This document shows positions 1 to 11,062 of a stretch of DNA of 64,000 bases, in pieces. The position numbers were made by a program, and so were the translations under genes. The notes below the pieces were generated by a model that was not told the origin of the DNA, ran no database searches, and saw nothing but the letters and a program-made list of their open reading frames with translations. This DNA comes from Candidatus Thorarchaeota archaeon (GTDB lineage: Archaea; Asgardarchaeota; Thorarchaeia; Thorarchaeales; Thorarchaeaceae). The stretch spans positions 544,001 to 608,000 of the forward strand of contig CAVSBO010000003.1 of NCBI GenBank assembly GCA_963726195.1. The letters are read 5' to 3'. Position 1 is the first letter of the stretch. Every line of letters starts with the position of its first letter.

Positions 1-476
1 TTCTTTGTAATGAGTTTCTCAATGTCCTCGGCGCGGACTGCAAAGTCGTTTTCCTTCTTTAGCTGAACAGGAACTGGAACGCCGCCAGCGAGCATGATGT
101 GAGCATAATGACTAACAAAGCCGGGGTCGGGATAGATGACTTCGTCGCCCGGGTTCACGAGAACAAGATTGGCGAGTAAAAGAGAGCCCATGCCACCAGC
201 AGTACAGATAATCTCTTTCTCCGGATTGGCCTCGATTCCATTCTCCTTCTTGGCTTTCTTTGCGAGTGCTTCCCGAACCTCGATAAGTCCAGCGTTGTGA
301 GTGTATTTGGTGTAGCCATCGTCAATGGCTTTCTTGGCTGCCGCCTTGATGAAGTCAGGCGTGTCAAAGTCTGGCTGACCCACGGTCAGATCGAGGATGT
401 TCGGGCGGCCTCGCGCCATGTTGTACATCTTGCGGATTTCAGAAGCGGGGACAAGCTTGGTTCTGTCTGCGAGCAT
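1..476 (-). CDS. PLP-dependent aminotransferase class I/II (AspC-like), runs off window start
   Basis: Not in ORF track. Manual translation from ATG 476: MLADRTKLVPASEIRKMYNMARGRPNILDLTVGQPDFDTP...KYTHNAGLIEVREA...VNPGDEVIYPDPGF, a typical Asp-aminotransferase N-terminus. Confidence 0.9.
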   Translation of the reverse strand, partial: MLADRTKLVPASEIRKMYNMARGRPNILDLTVGQPDFDTPDFIKAAAKKAIDDGYTKYTHNAGLIEVREALAKKAKKENGIEANPEKEIICTAGGMGSLLLANLVLVNPGDEVIYPDPGFVSHYAHIMLAGGVPVPVQLKKENDFAVRAEDIEKLITK

Positions 477-640
477 GGCTCATACCTACCTAGAATTGAT
501 GTGTGAGCCCGCTTTCAACGCCCTCTTAAAGATACTCGATTGTGACACCGAGGACAGGCGGTCTAGGCGGCCTCTCACAAAGCCTTCATTCCATAGCAGA
601 TTTAAGAAAGCCAGTATCACACCGTGCAAAGCGCGAACAC

Positions 641-1124
641 ATGGTGAAACACTACGGCGTCTCCAACGGCAGATAATGTGCGAAAAGTTAGCATGGTTAC
701 TCTTGCCAGCGCACACGCAATATACGTGGAAGCAGTACGGAAGTCGATGGGAGGGAAAGGCCTCACCACCATAGGCGAAGCCAATCGACTTCACGGCATC
801 GAACTCGGAAAAGCGGGCATCAAGGAAGGCGGTCTCCGAAAAGGCGACCTCAAGTCGATTATTGAGTTCTTCATTGCGGCACATCCGTACTTCGGTTTTG
901 AAATTGAACTTCAGAAAGCAACGGACAAGGAACTCGAGATGAAGGTCACCTACTGCCCTTGGATAGACACGTTCAAGGCCGAACATGCGGGACAAGATAT
1001 CTGTGATTGGGTCACGAAGATGGATGAAGGAATTGGTCAGGCAGTTGACCCCAAGGCGAAGATGACATTGCCTAAGTGCATGATGCGCGGCGATGAGTAC
1101 TGTGTGTATCGTTACTCAAAGTGA
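641..1124 (+). CDS. V4R-like / ATC-hydrolase-like small ligand-binding protein
   Basis: ORF 678..1124 with CPW...C...C..RGDEYC pattern. True start probably ATG 641 (TTTAAG box at 601) joined by a 1-nt insertion near 668; alternative ATG 693. Confidence 0.65.
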
Positions 1125-1159
1125 CCAGTATATGATTCATGGTCTTCAGGTGATGACTA

Positions 1160-1825
1160 ATGAGCAAGAAAGCAAGCATAATTGACCGATGCAAGAAGCT
1201 GTACGTGCCTGCGCTTTCCGATGGCGCAGACGAGATTGGACTGCGCAACGTCTGCATGGATAGCAGAATTGCACCCGTAACCAAGAATAGGATTGTCGTG
1301 GGTTTCGCCAGACCGGCCAAGCTCGTGCCCACAGCCCCTCGAATCCCCTACAATGAAGTTCAATTGGAGGCTTTCATGAAGATAGCGACCGAGGCCAAGA
1401 AGGATGATGTCGTGGTCATCCAGATGTCTGGGGCCACAGACTGCTCAGGTTGGGGTCAGATAATGACCAAGATTAGCATTTCGCGCGGGCTGCGTGGGGC
1501 TGTCGTTGACGGCACGGTAAGAGACGTAGATGAGACGGACAAGCTCGGTTTTGCGGTGTTTGCGAGGGGTCGTCATCCTGGAACCATGCGGGCAAGGTTA
1601 GACATCGAGTCTATTGGCGAGCCGACAGTGTGCGGCGGAGTGACCGTGCATCAGGGAGACCTCCTCTTTGGAGATGGAGACGGTATTGTTCTGATTCCAG
1701 AGAACAGAACAGAAGAGGTCTTGGCAGCGGCTGAACGCGTGGTTGCAACGGACAAGTGGTGGGGGAGTATGCTTGACCAAGGCAAGGACCCACAGGAACT
1801 TCACAAGCAGAAACCCATCCCTTAG
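1160..1825 (+). CDS. RraA family / HMG-CHA aldolase-like protein
   Basis: GWGQIM..GAVVDGTVRD, VHQGDLLFGDGDGIVLIP motifs. Confidence 0.9.
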   Translation: MSKKASIIDRCKKLYVPALSDGADEIGLRNVCMDSRIAPVTKNRIVVGFARPAKLVPTAPRIPYNEVQLEAFMKIATEAKKDDVVVIQMSGATDCSGWGQIMTKISISRGLRGAVVDGTVRDVDETDKLGFAVFARGRHPGTMRARLDIESIGEPTVCGGVTVHQGDLLFGDGDGIVLIPENRTEEVLAAAERVVATDKWWGSMLDQGKDPQELHKQKPIP

Positions 1826-1960
1826 GACAGTGGACACGTATGGTCTGCAGACTCATCTGATGGGCCTGCCACTTTCGTCCTCACATGAGAAGAGTACTCC
1901 GTTCGTTATGCGGTCACTGAATTAGATGCGAACGACGACTTGCTCTGGCAGAATGGCACC

Positions 1961-3089
1961 CTAGGAGATGGGGTAAGTGCCCTTCTTCTCGGCGTAGTCG
2001 TACAGGTACACTATCTTCTCGGGTGTAGAGTCATCCTGAATATTGTGGGCCGGCGCCAATATGTAGCCGCCGCCCGGTGCTAGAGCCTTGAGCCTCTTGT
2101 CCACTTCTGCTCGAAGGTCATTCTTTGTACCTTGTGAGGACATTGCATGCTGCAAGTCAATTGCTCCGTGGAAAGTCAGCCTGCTGCCGTACTTCTTCTT
2201 GAGTTCTGCAGAGTCCATACCTTTTGCCAGCGGCTCGAATTGGATTCAGGATGTCAACGCCCACCTCTATGAGGTCGTTGATCATCGGTTCTATTGCTCC
2301 ACAGCTGTGATACAGAATCTTGACATTGGGTGCTCTCCTGTGAATGTCTTGGTATATCCGCACATGTCTCGGCTTAACCAACCGTCGGTACATGGCCGGA
2401 CTCATAATGAGCCCATTCTGGTGCCCAAGGTCGTCACCCACTTGCACCACATCTAAGTACTCTCCAACTTCGTCCAAGAAGACGCGATTCATCTCCAAAG
2501 CTAGGTCCATGCATTTGCCCATCATAGCCTCAGCGAGCTTCGTGTGCTCGACCAAGTCTACAAGAAACTTATCGAAGCCTCTCATGAAATGAGCACACAT
2601 CTCGAAGACACCCCAAGGACCCCCGACCATACCGACAACTGCATACTCACCTTTCTCGTGCAGCTGCTTGGCCCATTCGACCACACCTTCCATTCTTGAT
2701 GGATCGTCAGGGTCCATCCATTCGTACTCTTCTATCTGCTCGACTTCTGTGGCGTCTGCCCAAGGGTAGTACACGACCTCCCAGTACGGGCCATACCATT
2801 TTCCTCGGAAACCCATCTCACTATCCGTCGAGCCGTCCGGATAGGTCTTCGACTTGAAGGACGATGCTTCGTTCATATAGACACGTCTGAAATCCAAGTG
2901 GAGTCGGCGCAGCATTTCCTCAGATATCTTCCAAGAACTCATTATGCCCCATTCTTGGGTCTCAGGGGCCGTAATCTTGAGATAGTCGCGGACTTTCGCA
3001 TACGCGGCTGGGGTGATCCAGAAGTCCAATGGAACCCTGTCCGGTTCCTCATGGTCGACTATCTTGTAGTATCTCTCTCGAGGCTTCAT
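1961..3089 (-). CDS. Uroporphyrinogen decarboxylase / MtaA-CmuA methyltransferase family protein (frameshift ~2236)
   Basis: EEPDRVP, GDDLG, HSCG, GGGYILAPAHNIQ motifs split between ORFs 2157..3113 and 1961..2218. Removing one G restores NPIQPLAKGMD. Confidence 0.88.
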
Positions 3090-3244
3090 CAGGAGGACCC
3101 GACGGAAATCCACTATTAAAAGAGCTGCATACGAAACAATGCCGTCTTTAACAAGACTATTCCCGCGGATTTAATAACTGGGAGTTTTCCTTGCTCGACC
3201 AACGTTATCCCATGTAAGGGGAGCATCATCTGGAGAGACATGCG

Positions 3245-4627
3245 ATGGTTGATGTTTCGAAAGTAACGCAGCTGCTCAAGCAGGCCGTGGATCCGAAACG
3301 CGTCACTGACCGGGATTTTGACCTAGTGGCATATAGCAGGGACTTGAGCCCTGCGAGACAGAAGATGGCCACACATATCGTAATGCCTGAGAGTCGTGAC
3401 GAGGTTCGCCGGATTCTTCGAGTTGCATCTGACAGCAACGTCCCTGTCTACATTCGGGGAGGAGGCACGTCACACTGGGATGCTTATCTTCCTCAGGAGC
3501 CTGGAATACTCCTGGACATGAGCCTCATGAACCAGATACTCGAAATCAATGATAGAGATTTGACAGCAACCGTCCAGCCGAACTGCACTTGGGCGAAGCT
3601 AGACGAAGAGCTTAGGAAGAAGGGTCTGACCTATCTTTGCAGCGAAGCGGGCGGCCCGGCAATGACAATCGGAGGTTCAGTGATGAAAGCCGGCGGCGGT
3701 CCGCACGGCACTGCGAAGTTTGGGTTCCATGGCAATCAGGATGTCATAAGCCTCGAGATGGTATTGCCCAATGGCGACATCGTAGAAACCGGGTCAGCAG
3801 CTTGGCCATCAGCCGGTAAGTTCAAGCGGCAGTGTGTCGGACCCGACCTAGCTGGTCTCTTCATCGGTGCAGAAGGAATCCTCGGCATATGCACGGAGAT
3901 TACTCTGAGAATCCGTCCAGCAACTGACATCAAAGAAAGGTTGGTTATGACAATGAAGACCCTTGATGATGTCATCGAGTGAGGCCATTTCGTCAACCAT
4001 TTTGTGGGCGATGAGTATCTTCAAGGCTTCTATCTCTGGGTGGATCCAAATTCACCTGAAACCTTCCTCGTGATGATGGACATTTTTGGCTACGAGAAAG
4101 AAATAGTTGACCACAGGAAAGCACGCATCTTGGAGAAAATCGAAGAGCTAGGAGGAACACTCGGTGACAGAGCTCCGGCCGATGACTATTATGGAAGAAT
4201 TCTGACTGGGCTCACCGACATCTTCACTGCCGGTGTCTGGCATTTCTTCGGCTCGGGTTCACTGAGAATAGATGACATAAAGTTCCTCTATCGTGTATGG
4301 CGCGAGGAGCTCATTGAGAAAAGAGGTTACAAGAAGGCGGGATTTGGAGGCCAGGTGCTTCCGAGAGATTGGTTGGCATTCATGGTAACGAACTACAAAG
4401 AGCCCGCAGAATGGGACGAAATCATCAAAATCTCGGACGAAATCAATGATATTGTTCTGAACGGGCCCGTCGCTCCGTACGGAATCGGCGGTCGCGATGG
4501 CCTTCGACCGTTCCTTGAGAAACGAGACACCGGATACTACCGTCTACTGAAGACTATCAAGAAAGCGGTTGATCCGAAGGATATTCTGCAACGCGGCATG
4601 TTTATTCGAAAGGAGGATTTGATGTGA
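3245..4627 (+). CDS. FAD-linked oxidoreductase (GlcD / D-lactate dehydrogenase-like), interrupted by in-frame TGA at 3980
   Basis: RGGGTS, GPDLAGLFIGAEGILGICTEITL; C-terminal IKKAVDPKDILQRG. ORFs 3245..3982 and 4004..4627 are in the same frame. Confidence 0.85.
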
Positions 4628-5820
4628 GGATCGAGCAATATCGTGACATGATTTACGCCTGCGGAAGATGTGAGTTCTGCCGAGGCACAGAGTTTAGTGA
4701 TAGGTGTCCGCAGATCTTCACCCAGCGATGGGAGTCTTCGACGGCCCGAGGACGAATGGCCATCGCTCGCGCTATTCTCGAGGGCAAGCTCGATTATACA
4801 AAAGACCTCAGAGAGCGAGTCTTCGGATGTTTTCTATGTGGACGGTGCAGAGAGGAGTGCAAGAAAGCAGCTAAGATAGACATCGTTGCGATAACGAAAG
4901 CCATGCGTGCTGATTTCGTTGACAAGGGAATCGGCGCTCCTGAAGATGGCAGCAAGATGACAAATACGATGTCTCAGAAGGGCAACATCTTTGCAGACCC
5001 GGCCGCTGAACATACAAAGTGGGCTCAAGGTATCAAGTTCCAAAAAGGATCTGGCACCTTGTTCTTTCCAGGTTGCCTCGCTAGTCACAGATTCAAAGAG
5101 AAGACCCGCATCGTTGTTCAGGTGCTACAGGCGGCTGGTTACAAGCTGGACTTTCTTGGAGATGACCAGAAGTGCTGCGGCACACCCATGTGGATTACAG
5201 GCGATGTCAAGGCGGCAAAGCAATGGGCCCAGGATTACGTCAAGAAGTTGAAGGCACGAGGAGTCAAGGAGATAATCACGCCATGTCCAAGCTGCTTCAG
5301 AGCCTTCGATGAGGAGTACACTCAGCTGCTTGGCTTGAAAGAACCTCCATTCAAGGTGAGACATACTAGCCAAGTGCTCGAGGAGATTGTGACTCAGAAG
5401 CGACTTCCACTGAAGACTAGTGTAGCAAAGGTTGTCACATATCACGACCCGTGTGAAATCGGTCGCTACAGGGGAATGTACGACCAAGCTCGGAAAGTAC
5501 TAACAGCGATTCCGGGCGTTCAGTTCAAGGAAATGTCTCGCATCAGGGAACAAGCGTTCTGCTGTGGCGGCGGAGGCAGCTTGAAGATAATGTACCCCGA
5601 TTACTCGCAACAGGTCTCTGAAGAACGGCTGAAGGATGCCCTTCAGACGACTGCTTCTGTCCTTGCGACCATATGTCCAGCCTGCGAACTCAATCTGACT
5701 CATGCAGCGTACAAAGCTGACGCTCCGCTGCGAGTAGCTGATGTTGCAGAGATTGTTGCGGTATCAGCGGGGCTAGCAGACAAGGCGATTCTTGAGTCGG
5801 ACTATGTCTCTGAGGACTGA
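4624..5820 (+). CDS. Fe-S oxidoreductase, GlcF/HdrD-like (4Fe-4S + two CCG domains)
   Basis: CGRCEFC, CFLCGRCREEC, KCCG, CPSC, YHDPC, CCGGGG, CPAC. GTGA overlap with upstream gene. Confidence 0.9.
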   Translation: MRIEQYRDMIYACGRCEFCRGTEFSDRCPQIFTQRWESSTARGRMAIARAILEGKLDYTKDLRERVFGCFLCGRCREECKKAAKIDIVAITKAMRADFVDKGIGAPEDGSKMTNTMSQKGNIFADPAAEHTKWAQGIKFQKGSGTLFFPGCLASHRFKEKTRIVVQVLQAAGYKLDFLGDDQKCCGTPMWITGDVKAAKQWAQDYVKKLKARGVKEIITPCPSCFRAFDEEYTQLLGLKEPPFKVRHTSQVLEEIVTQKRLPLKTSVAKVVTYHDPCEIGRYRGMYDQARKVLTAIPGVQFKEMSRIREQAFCCGGGGSLKIMYPDYSQQVSEERLKDALQTTASVLATICPACELNLTHAAYKADAPLRVADVAEIVAVSAGLADKAILESDYVSED

Positions 5821-5913
5821 AGGCGAACGGACCGTCCCCAACTTGTCGCTGAGTGAATCGACAGACCTCATGCCAAATGAGCAGATAGAGATGTAAACGA
5901 GGACAGGAAGCCA

Positions 5914-6210
5914 CTACCCGCCGACGGCTGCAATCATGAAAACGACGAGGTCTCCATCAGAGAGTTTCGTCTTCTCCCCCTTGCGTGCCACCATATTCAT
6001 GCCGTTGACAATCACTATCGTCTCTCTCTTCAGTGTCCTGTTCTCCGTATCGCTCAAGTAGATCCTGAACCTCTGAGGTTGGTCCTCATACAGCTCGTCA
6101 ATTAGGTCTCGTACCGTCGCATCTTGTCCTGTCTCGAAAGGAAACTTGTCATGCTCGGTTGACTTTAACCCCTTGGCCATGAGCTTTACGAAGACCTGAG
6201 CCATACTCAC
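5914..6210 (-). CDS. moaD: MoaD/ThiS/SAMP ubiquitin-like sulfur carrier
   Basis: Beta-grasp pattern IVIVNG..LSDGD.V, C-terminal VGG. Confidence 0.85.
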   Translation of the reverse strand: MSMAQVFVKLMAKGLKSTEHDKFPFETGQDATVRDLIDELYEDQPQRFRIYLSDTENRTLKRETIVIVNGMNMVARKGEKTKLSDGDLVVFMIAAVGG

Positions 6211-6487
6211 TCAGCTCCTTCTCTACAGTCCTCTCTCTTCTTAAAGTTTATATTAAGCATTTGGTGAACACTTAACTACCTGTACTGCGCAAGAGCAAGT
6301 GAGCAGGACGACTGGAGAACGAGGCAGAACTCCCTCAAGCACGCAATCCTTGCTCGCCTGAGGACGACAGACTAGCTCGTTTTCCGCCGCGAAATCATCG
6401 ACATGTGTAGCGGTATGATTTGAATCCACTGAAACTCCTGATGCACATGAGAGGGCCCAACAATAGAAACCACGGCGGTGTCACACA

Positions 6488-7258
6488 ATGGAAGCAAGAG
6501 AGCAAAAACGAACCCTCAAGCAATGGCTGGCAGAGAATGCACGAGTGAAACCGGTGCACTACAAGGAAATAGCGGGAGCACTTGGAAGAGATCCCGGTTC
6601 TGTGTCTGCGTCCTTGTCAATCGAGTGGAAACAGGCCCAGATGGATAAGCGTCCTGCGTATTTCATGAGAGTGGGTCCAGGTCTGTATCGCTACAACGAT
6701 ATTTGCGAGGGAGCCGTGGACGAAGACCTCATCGTAGAGGTAAGAGACCGAGCGGAAGAATTCAATGCGGTTACTCGGAGGGACATGGGAGAGGCCATTG
6801 CAGCACTGGATGTCAGAGCCTTCGAGAGGCTAGCGGAGATAGTCTTGACCAATATACGCGCTAGAGTTGAGGAGATGGAAGTAATCGGGCGCGAAGAAAA
6901 CACGGTCATGATGAGGATTTCTTGGCGAGATGACGGTGGCCGCTCTCCGGTACTGGTATACGCGATTAAGTGCGAGCTCGAGGAAGAGATCGAGACTAGT
7001 ACCATCCTGCAGATAAGAGGAGCTCTTCCGATATACGAAGCCAATCAAGGAGTATTGATTTCCAATGGCCGAGTCAGCGAACAAGCCCGGAAAGCGGCGC
7101 TCGGCTATAATAACCATGACAAGAGAGTTTCAGTTCCGCCAATTCACTTAATGGACATCGACATTATCTTGAATGTCTTGCTCGAAAGCAGGACCGGCGT
7201 GAGAACCAAGCAAGTCGAGGTCTTGGTCCTAGACACTGATTTCTTCAAGAGATTATAG
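6488..7258 (+). CDS. HARE-HTH + Mrr-like (restriction endonuclease fold, degenerate) protein
   Basis: N-terminal PVHYKEI...F.RVGPGLY (HARE-HTH); C-terminal FERL...IRGAL..GVLISNGRVSEQARKAA (Mrr_cat-like). Confidence 0.75.
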   Translation: MEAREQKRTLKQWLAENARVKPVHYKEIAGALGRDPGSVSASLSIEWKQAQMDKRPAYFMRVGPGLYRYNDICEGAVDEDLIVEVRDRAEEFNAVTRRDMGEAIAALDVRAFERLAEIVLTNIRARVEEMEVIGREENTVMMRISWRDDGGRSPVLVYAIKCELEEEIETSTILQIRGALPIYEANQGVLISNGRVSEQARKAALGYNNHDKRVSVPPIHLMDIDIILNVLLESRTGVRTKQVEVLVLDTDFFKRL

Positions 7259-7492
7259 TACAAACCGCGCCTTTTCGATACCGTTCATGTCCGCACCAGA
7301 TGAAAATTCGATTGAGTGCGGCGAAACTGGTAACCACACGGTGCCGCTTTGGTGTTGCGGCTGGAAGAAGGAGCCAGTTACTCCTTTAATCTGTGGCCTG
7401 TCCTAAGCTTTAAGTACCAGTATTTGCAGATTGTCTTCATCACGGAACTCGGACAAAGAGTTCGTGAATGTAAAAATGGAGAAACGCGCAAG

Positions 7493-9043
7493 ATGAGCGA
7501 CAGTAAACTCCTCTTCGTGCGAGAGAGTTCCGGTCTAGTCAAGGAAGTTAACACAGGCTTTGCCTTGTTGCTTCCTATTGCCTTGACTTTAGGGCCATGG
7601 TTCGCGTACGGTGGTCCACAGATTTCAACGTGGTTCCCGGGCACGACCCTAGTGATAATGTTCGCCTTAGGATCATTCGCTGTGTTCTTTGAGGCGATCG
7701 CACTAATGGTCCTGATGCTCTCAATGCCGAGGTCAGGAGCTTCCTACTACTTTACAGGAAGAGGCCTCTCACCAATCTTCGGTGTTATGGAAGGTTGGCG
7801 AAGCGTAATCACAAACCCTGTCTTCAGAGGAATTGGAAGCTTCCTAGCTGTGGAGGTATTCGCAGGCGGACTCTATGTTATGGGTAGCGCAGCCGGCGAC
7901 GCTGGACTTATAGCTCTTTCAGCTTTCATGTTCCAGCCAGTACCGCTGTTTGCATTCGCTGCAGCAAGCATCTTCATAGGGTTCATCTTTGGTTACCTAA
8001 GCGTCAAGTGGCTAGGTTGGTTTGTGATAATACTGGGCTTAGTGAACATTCTGGCAATCGTGATTTCCGATGTTGCCTTGCTGACTACACCTATAGGAGG
8101 TGCAGCTGGCCAGGCAAACTGGGATGCAGTCTTCGGCGCAGGAAACTACGCTTCCCTCCAAGCACTACACCCTGACGTGTCTGCATGGACGACCTTCAAC
8201 TGGGGTTCAGTTGGACCAGCACTCATCCTCACTGTAGGAATGATGTGGCCCTATTTGATCATGCCAGTTGCCGGTGAGGTTGCACAGCCAAGCAGGAACA
8301 TCCCGCTTAGCAACCTAGGTGGTTGGCTGGGCATTGCTGTATTCTTCATTCTCTCAGGCTATGCACTCGAGAGCAGCATGGGCTCATTCCTCTACCAGAA
8401 CAACCTCGCAGCTACCGGTGTGTTCCCAGGTTGGGGTAACTTCGCCGCAGTTGCAATGAGAGGTGGAGCAGCTGGTTGGTTCGTAATCTTCAGCCCGATC
8501 TATGCAAGCATCCTTGACTCACCAAGCAATGCGCTATGGGTGACAAGGCCATTCCACTCAATGGCTATGGACCGGTTCTGTCCTGAGGTGTTCGCAAGCG
8601 TTCATCCCAAGTACCATGTGCCACACGTCAGCCTGTACTTCTGGCTGATACTCTCGTTGGGCACACTGACCTACGCATCCCTTCTGCAGATCTTCTTCGG
8701 CACTGCCTTGTCTGCACTCGTGGGTGTCGGATACACCTACGTCTTCATCAGATGGCAGATGGCCCTCGCTGCAGTCGGACTGCCGTACTATCGGCCGACC
8801 CTCTGGGAGCGCAGTGGTGCATGGAAGCTCTTTGGCATTCCACTGGTTTCAATCGGTGGTATTGTATCAGGCTCCGTGTTCTTCTGGGCAATAGTCGCCT
8901 ATGTGCCAACATTGCCCTTTGAGGTGGCATTCACAGTCTTCGTTTACCTGTGGGGCCAGCTCATGTACCTGTACTACGGTGCTAAGAACAAGGCCAAGGG
9001 CATTGAGATGTCTGCTATATTCGGACAGCTTCCACCAGAGTAA
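7493..9043 (+). CDS. APC family amino acid/amine permease
   Basis: LFVRESSGLVKE start, MPRSGASY, AGEV, AMDRFCPEVFASVHPKYHVP; about 12-14 hydrophobic segments. Confidence 0.9.
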   Translation: MSDSKLLFVRESSGLVKEVNTGFALLLPIALTLGPWFAYGGPQISTWFPGTTLVIMFALGSFAVFFEAIALMVLMLSMPRSGASYYFTGRGLSPIFGVMEGWRSVITNPVFRGIGSFLAVEVFAGGLYVMGSAAGDAGLIALSAFMFQPVPLFAFAAASIFIGFIFGYLSVKWLGWFVIILGLVNILAIVISDVALLTTPIGGAAGQANWDAVFGAGNYASLQALHPDVSAWTTFNWGSVGPALILTVGMMWPYLIMPVAGEVAQPSRNIPLSNLGGWLGIAVFFILSGYALESSMGSFLYQNNLAATGVFPGWGNFAAVAMRGGAAGWFVIFSPIYASILDSPSNALWVTRPFHSMAMDRFCPEVFASVHPKYHVPHVSLYFWLILSLGTLTYASLLQIFFGTALSALVGVGYTYVFIRWQMALAAVGLPYYRPTLWERSGAWKLFGIPLVSIGGIVSGSVFFWAIVAYVPTLPFEVAFTVFVYLWGQLMYLYYGAKNKAKGIEMSAIFGQLPPE

Positions 9044-9054
9044 AACTATGGTCA

Positions 9055-9095
9055 AGAAGAGAGCATCGATGCTCTCTTCTCTCCTTTTCTTTTCA
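9055..9095 (+). terminator. Perfect 26-bp palindrome followed by pyrimidine tract
   Basis: AGAAGAGAGCATC|GATGCTCTCTTCT (9055-9080) then CTCCTTTTCTTTTC, just after the permease stop. Confidence 0.6.
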
Positions 9096-9158
9096 TACTT
9101 GTTCGCACAAGATAGCAATAGGCCTGACAACGAACCAATGCAGACTACCACATGAAAC

Positions 9159-10167
9159 CTATTCCGGTTCCTCAAAATCATATATAGGCGGGAATCTGTT
9201 TCTGCTGGCCTTGCATCCAAAAGGCTCCAGATTGTCCCAGCTTCTGTGCAAAGATGAAGGAAATGACCAAGGCCTTATCGTCAGGACCTGCTTAACATCG
9301 TCCGAAGATCTGTATGCCTTTAGCGCCTCTAGTGCTCCAGCGAGAATTGCATCGCGGAGTTCCTTCTCCCAGACCTGCTGCCTATAGATGAAGGTATCTT
9401 CAAACCATTGGTAAGAAACCTCAATATCGTCTAAGAAGATGTTGTTGATGATTCGCCAGGGCCAGAATGTTGACATCTGCTCAAGCTGCTCGCTCGCACC
9501 ATAGAAATCGATACCCATCCCCTCCAAACAGAACCAGTAGGTGGGCCCTATTTCCCTGAGCTTCTCGCGTGGTGAGCTCATGGGTGCGTTAGGAGACTTG
9601 TGCAGCCAGTCCGTCCAATCCGTCTTAAAGGTCGACAGGACATTACAGTGATTCACGACATACCTCACGACTGCAGCCGTACCATGATGAGCAAGGCCCG
9701 GGGTGAGGGGCGCGCCAATGTACCTCTCCGCGAGTTCCTTGACTATGTCCACATCCTCCGACGGAAAATAGGACCAAATCTGAAAATCAGCCTGGCGTTC
9801 AATCATTAAGTACACGAATAGCATGCCAGCTTGTCCAATCACATGGTAGTCAGGAGGAAGTTCCTCATCCGCCGGCCAGGACTTCTCATCCTTGCAGATA
9901 TTGACCTTGCAGCAGTCATATGACACCACCTCAGGCCACTTAAGTTCAAACGACACCTTGATACGAGCGCGTCTTTCTCTCTCGTGGCAGGACAAACCTA
10001 GCGCCACCGGAACCCAGCATCAGCTGGGCAGGCGACTTGCTGTACGGGTCGTTGCCTTCGTACTCAAAGCCACTCAGCTGCAAATCCCTATACAATTTCC
10101 TTTTGTCATCGCTCTGCAATCGCATTACCTTCAAAGAGCCAAAGACGCTGTTTCGCAGATTGCCCAA
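9159..10167 (-). CDS. Hypothetical protein (probably ORFs 9946..10167 + 9159..10007 joined by a frameshift)
   Basis: Two overlapping same-strand ORFs; no recognisable motif. Confidence 0.5.
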
Positions 10168-10265
10168 CCAGGTGTACTCTTAAACGAAACGGTTGGTCAT
10201 ATCCCAAGAAACATAAACGTTAACTGTGCATCGCGGCGACAAGATTTCCCAGAGGACTGAACACA

Positions 10266-10965
10266 ATGAGCCAAGCACCTAAGAGCAGAAAGGAGCCTCC
10301 GGCCCCGGACCTGGAGAGCTTCGAGTTCGATCCCGCCGGACTAGACATGAAGTGGAGCAAGAACCTGATCAGCGTATTCGATGGCTATCGCATTCACAGG
10401 TGCTATGATCTCGCCTTCATCGAAAAGGCCATTGGACGCGGCGACGTTCCGAAGAGTTTCATAAAGCAATGGGGAACAATCCGGCCCCTCCTGCACAAAC
10501 TCGCCGCGGTCGGACCGAAGGTTCCAGGGAGTACAGAAGCTCATGACTCGTAGGCAGACTGTGAATCTGCTTTCGACCGTTCTCCTGACGATTGCATTTC
10601 CTCTGGTTGTGCTTGTCTGGGTATTCCACGTTGAATTCCTCTCATGGTTCACGACTCCTTTCACCGTAATTACCCTTCTTCTCTTTTTGGGAGCATTCAT
10701 TACTAGTGCATGGTACAACCGAAAAGTGGCATGGGTCATCTACCACTACATTGAGGAGAACGGGTCAATGTTCGATACAGAATGCGGATATCTCAAGAAA
10801 TGGGTCCAGACTCTCATATTCTATCTATCGAGGACTATGCGCAGAGACCAGCTCAAGGCCGAAAAGAACCTAGTGAAGTTTTGGAATACTGACTATGATG
10901 GGATAGAGGTTTTCAAAAGCCCGAACTGGTTCAGAAAGAACTACGTCGTCCAACTCAAGGACTAG
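10266..10965 (+). CDS. Hypothetical membrane protein (2 TM; frameshift ~10529)
   Basis: Removing one G of GGG joins ...GPKVPG-VQKLMTRRQ...; two hydrophobic helices. Confidence 0.6.
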
Positions 10966-10986
10966 ATACAATCATCACGCTAGGTT

Positions 10987-11020
10987 GGCGGGAAAAACTC
11001 CCGCCTTCTAGCACAAAAAA
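10987..11020. terminator. Hairpin between convergent genes
   Basis: GGCGGGA-AAAAC-TCCCGCC stem with adjacent A/T tract. Confidence 0.6.
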
Positions 11021-11062
11021 GTTTCCACGTAGAGCCCGTTGTGTTCGTGGCCCTCAGTGTTT

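Noticed and set aside
5914-6210. Eukaryote-type ubiquitin
   Set aside because: Pattern and AOR-rich context fit MoaD/SAMP; no E1/E2/RING genes nearby.
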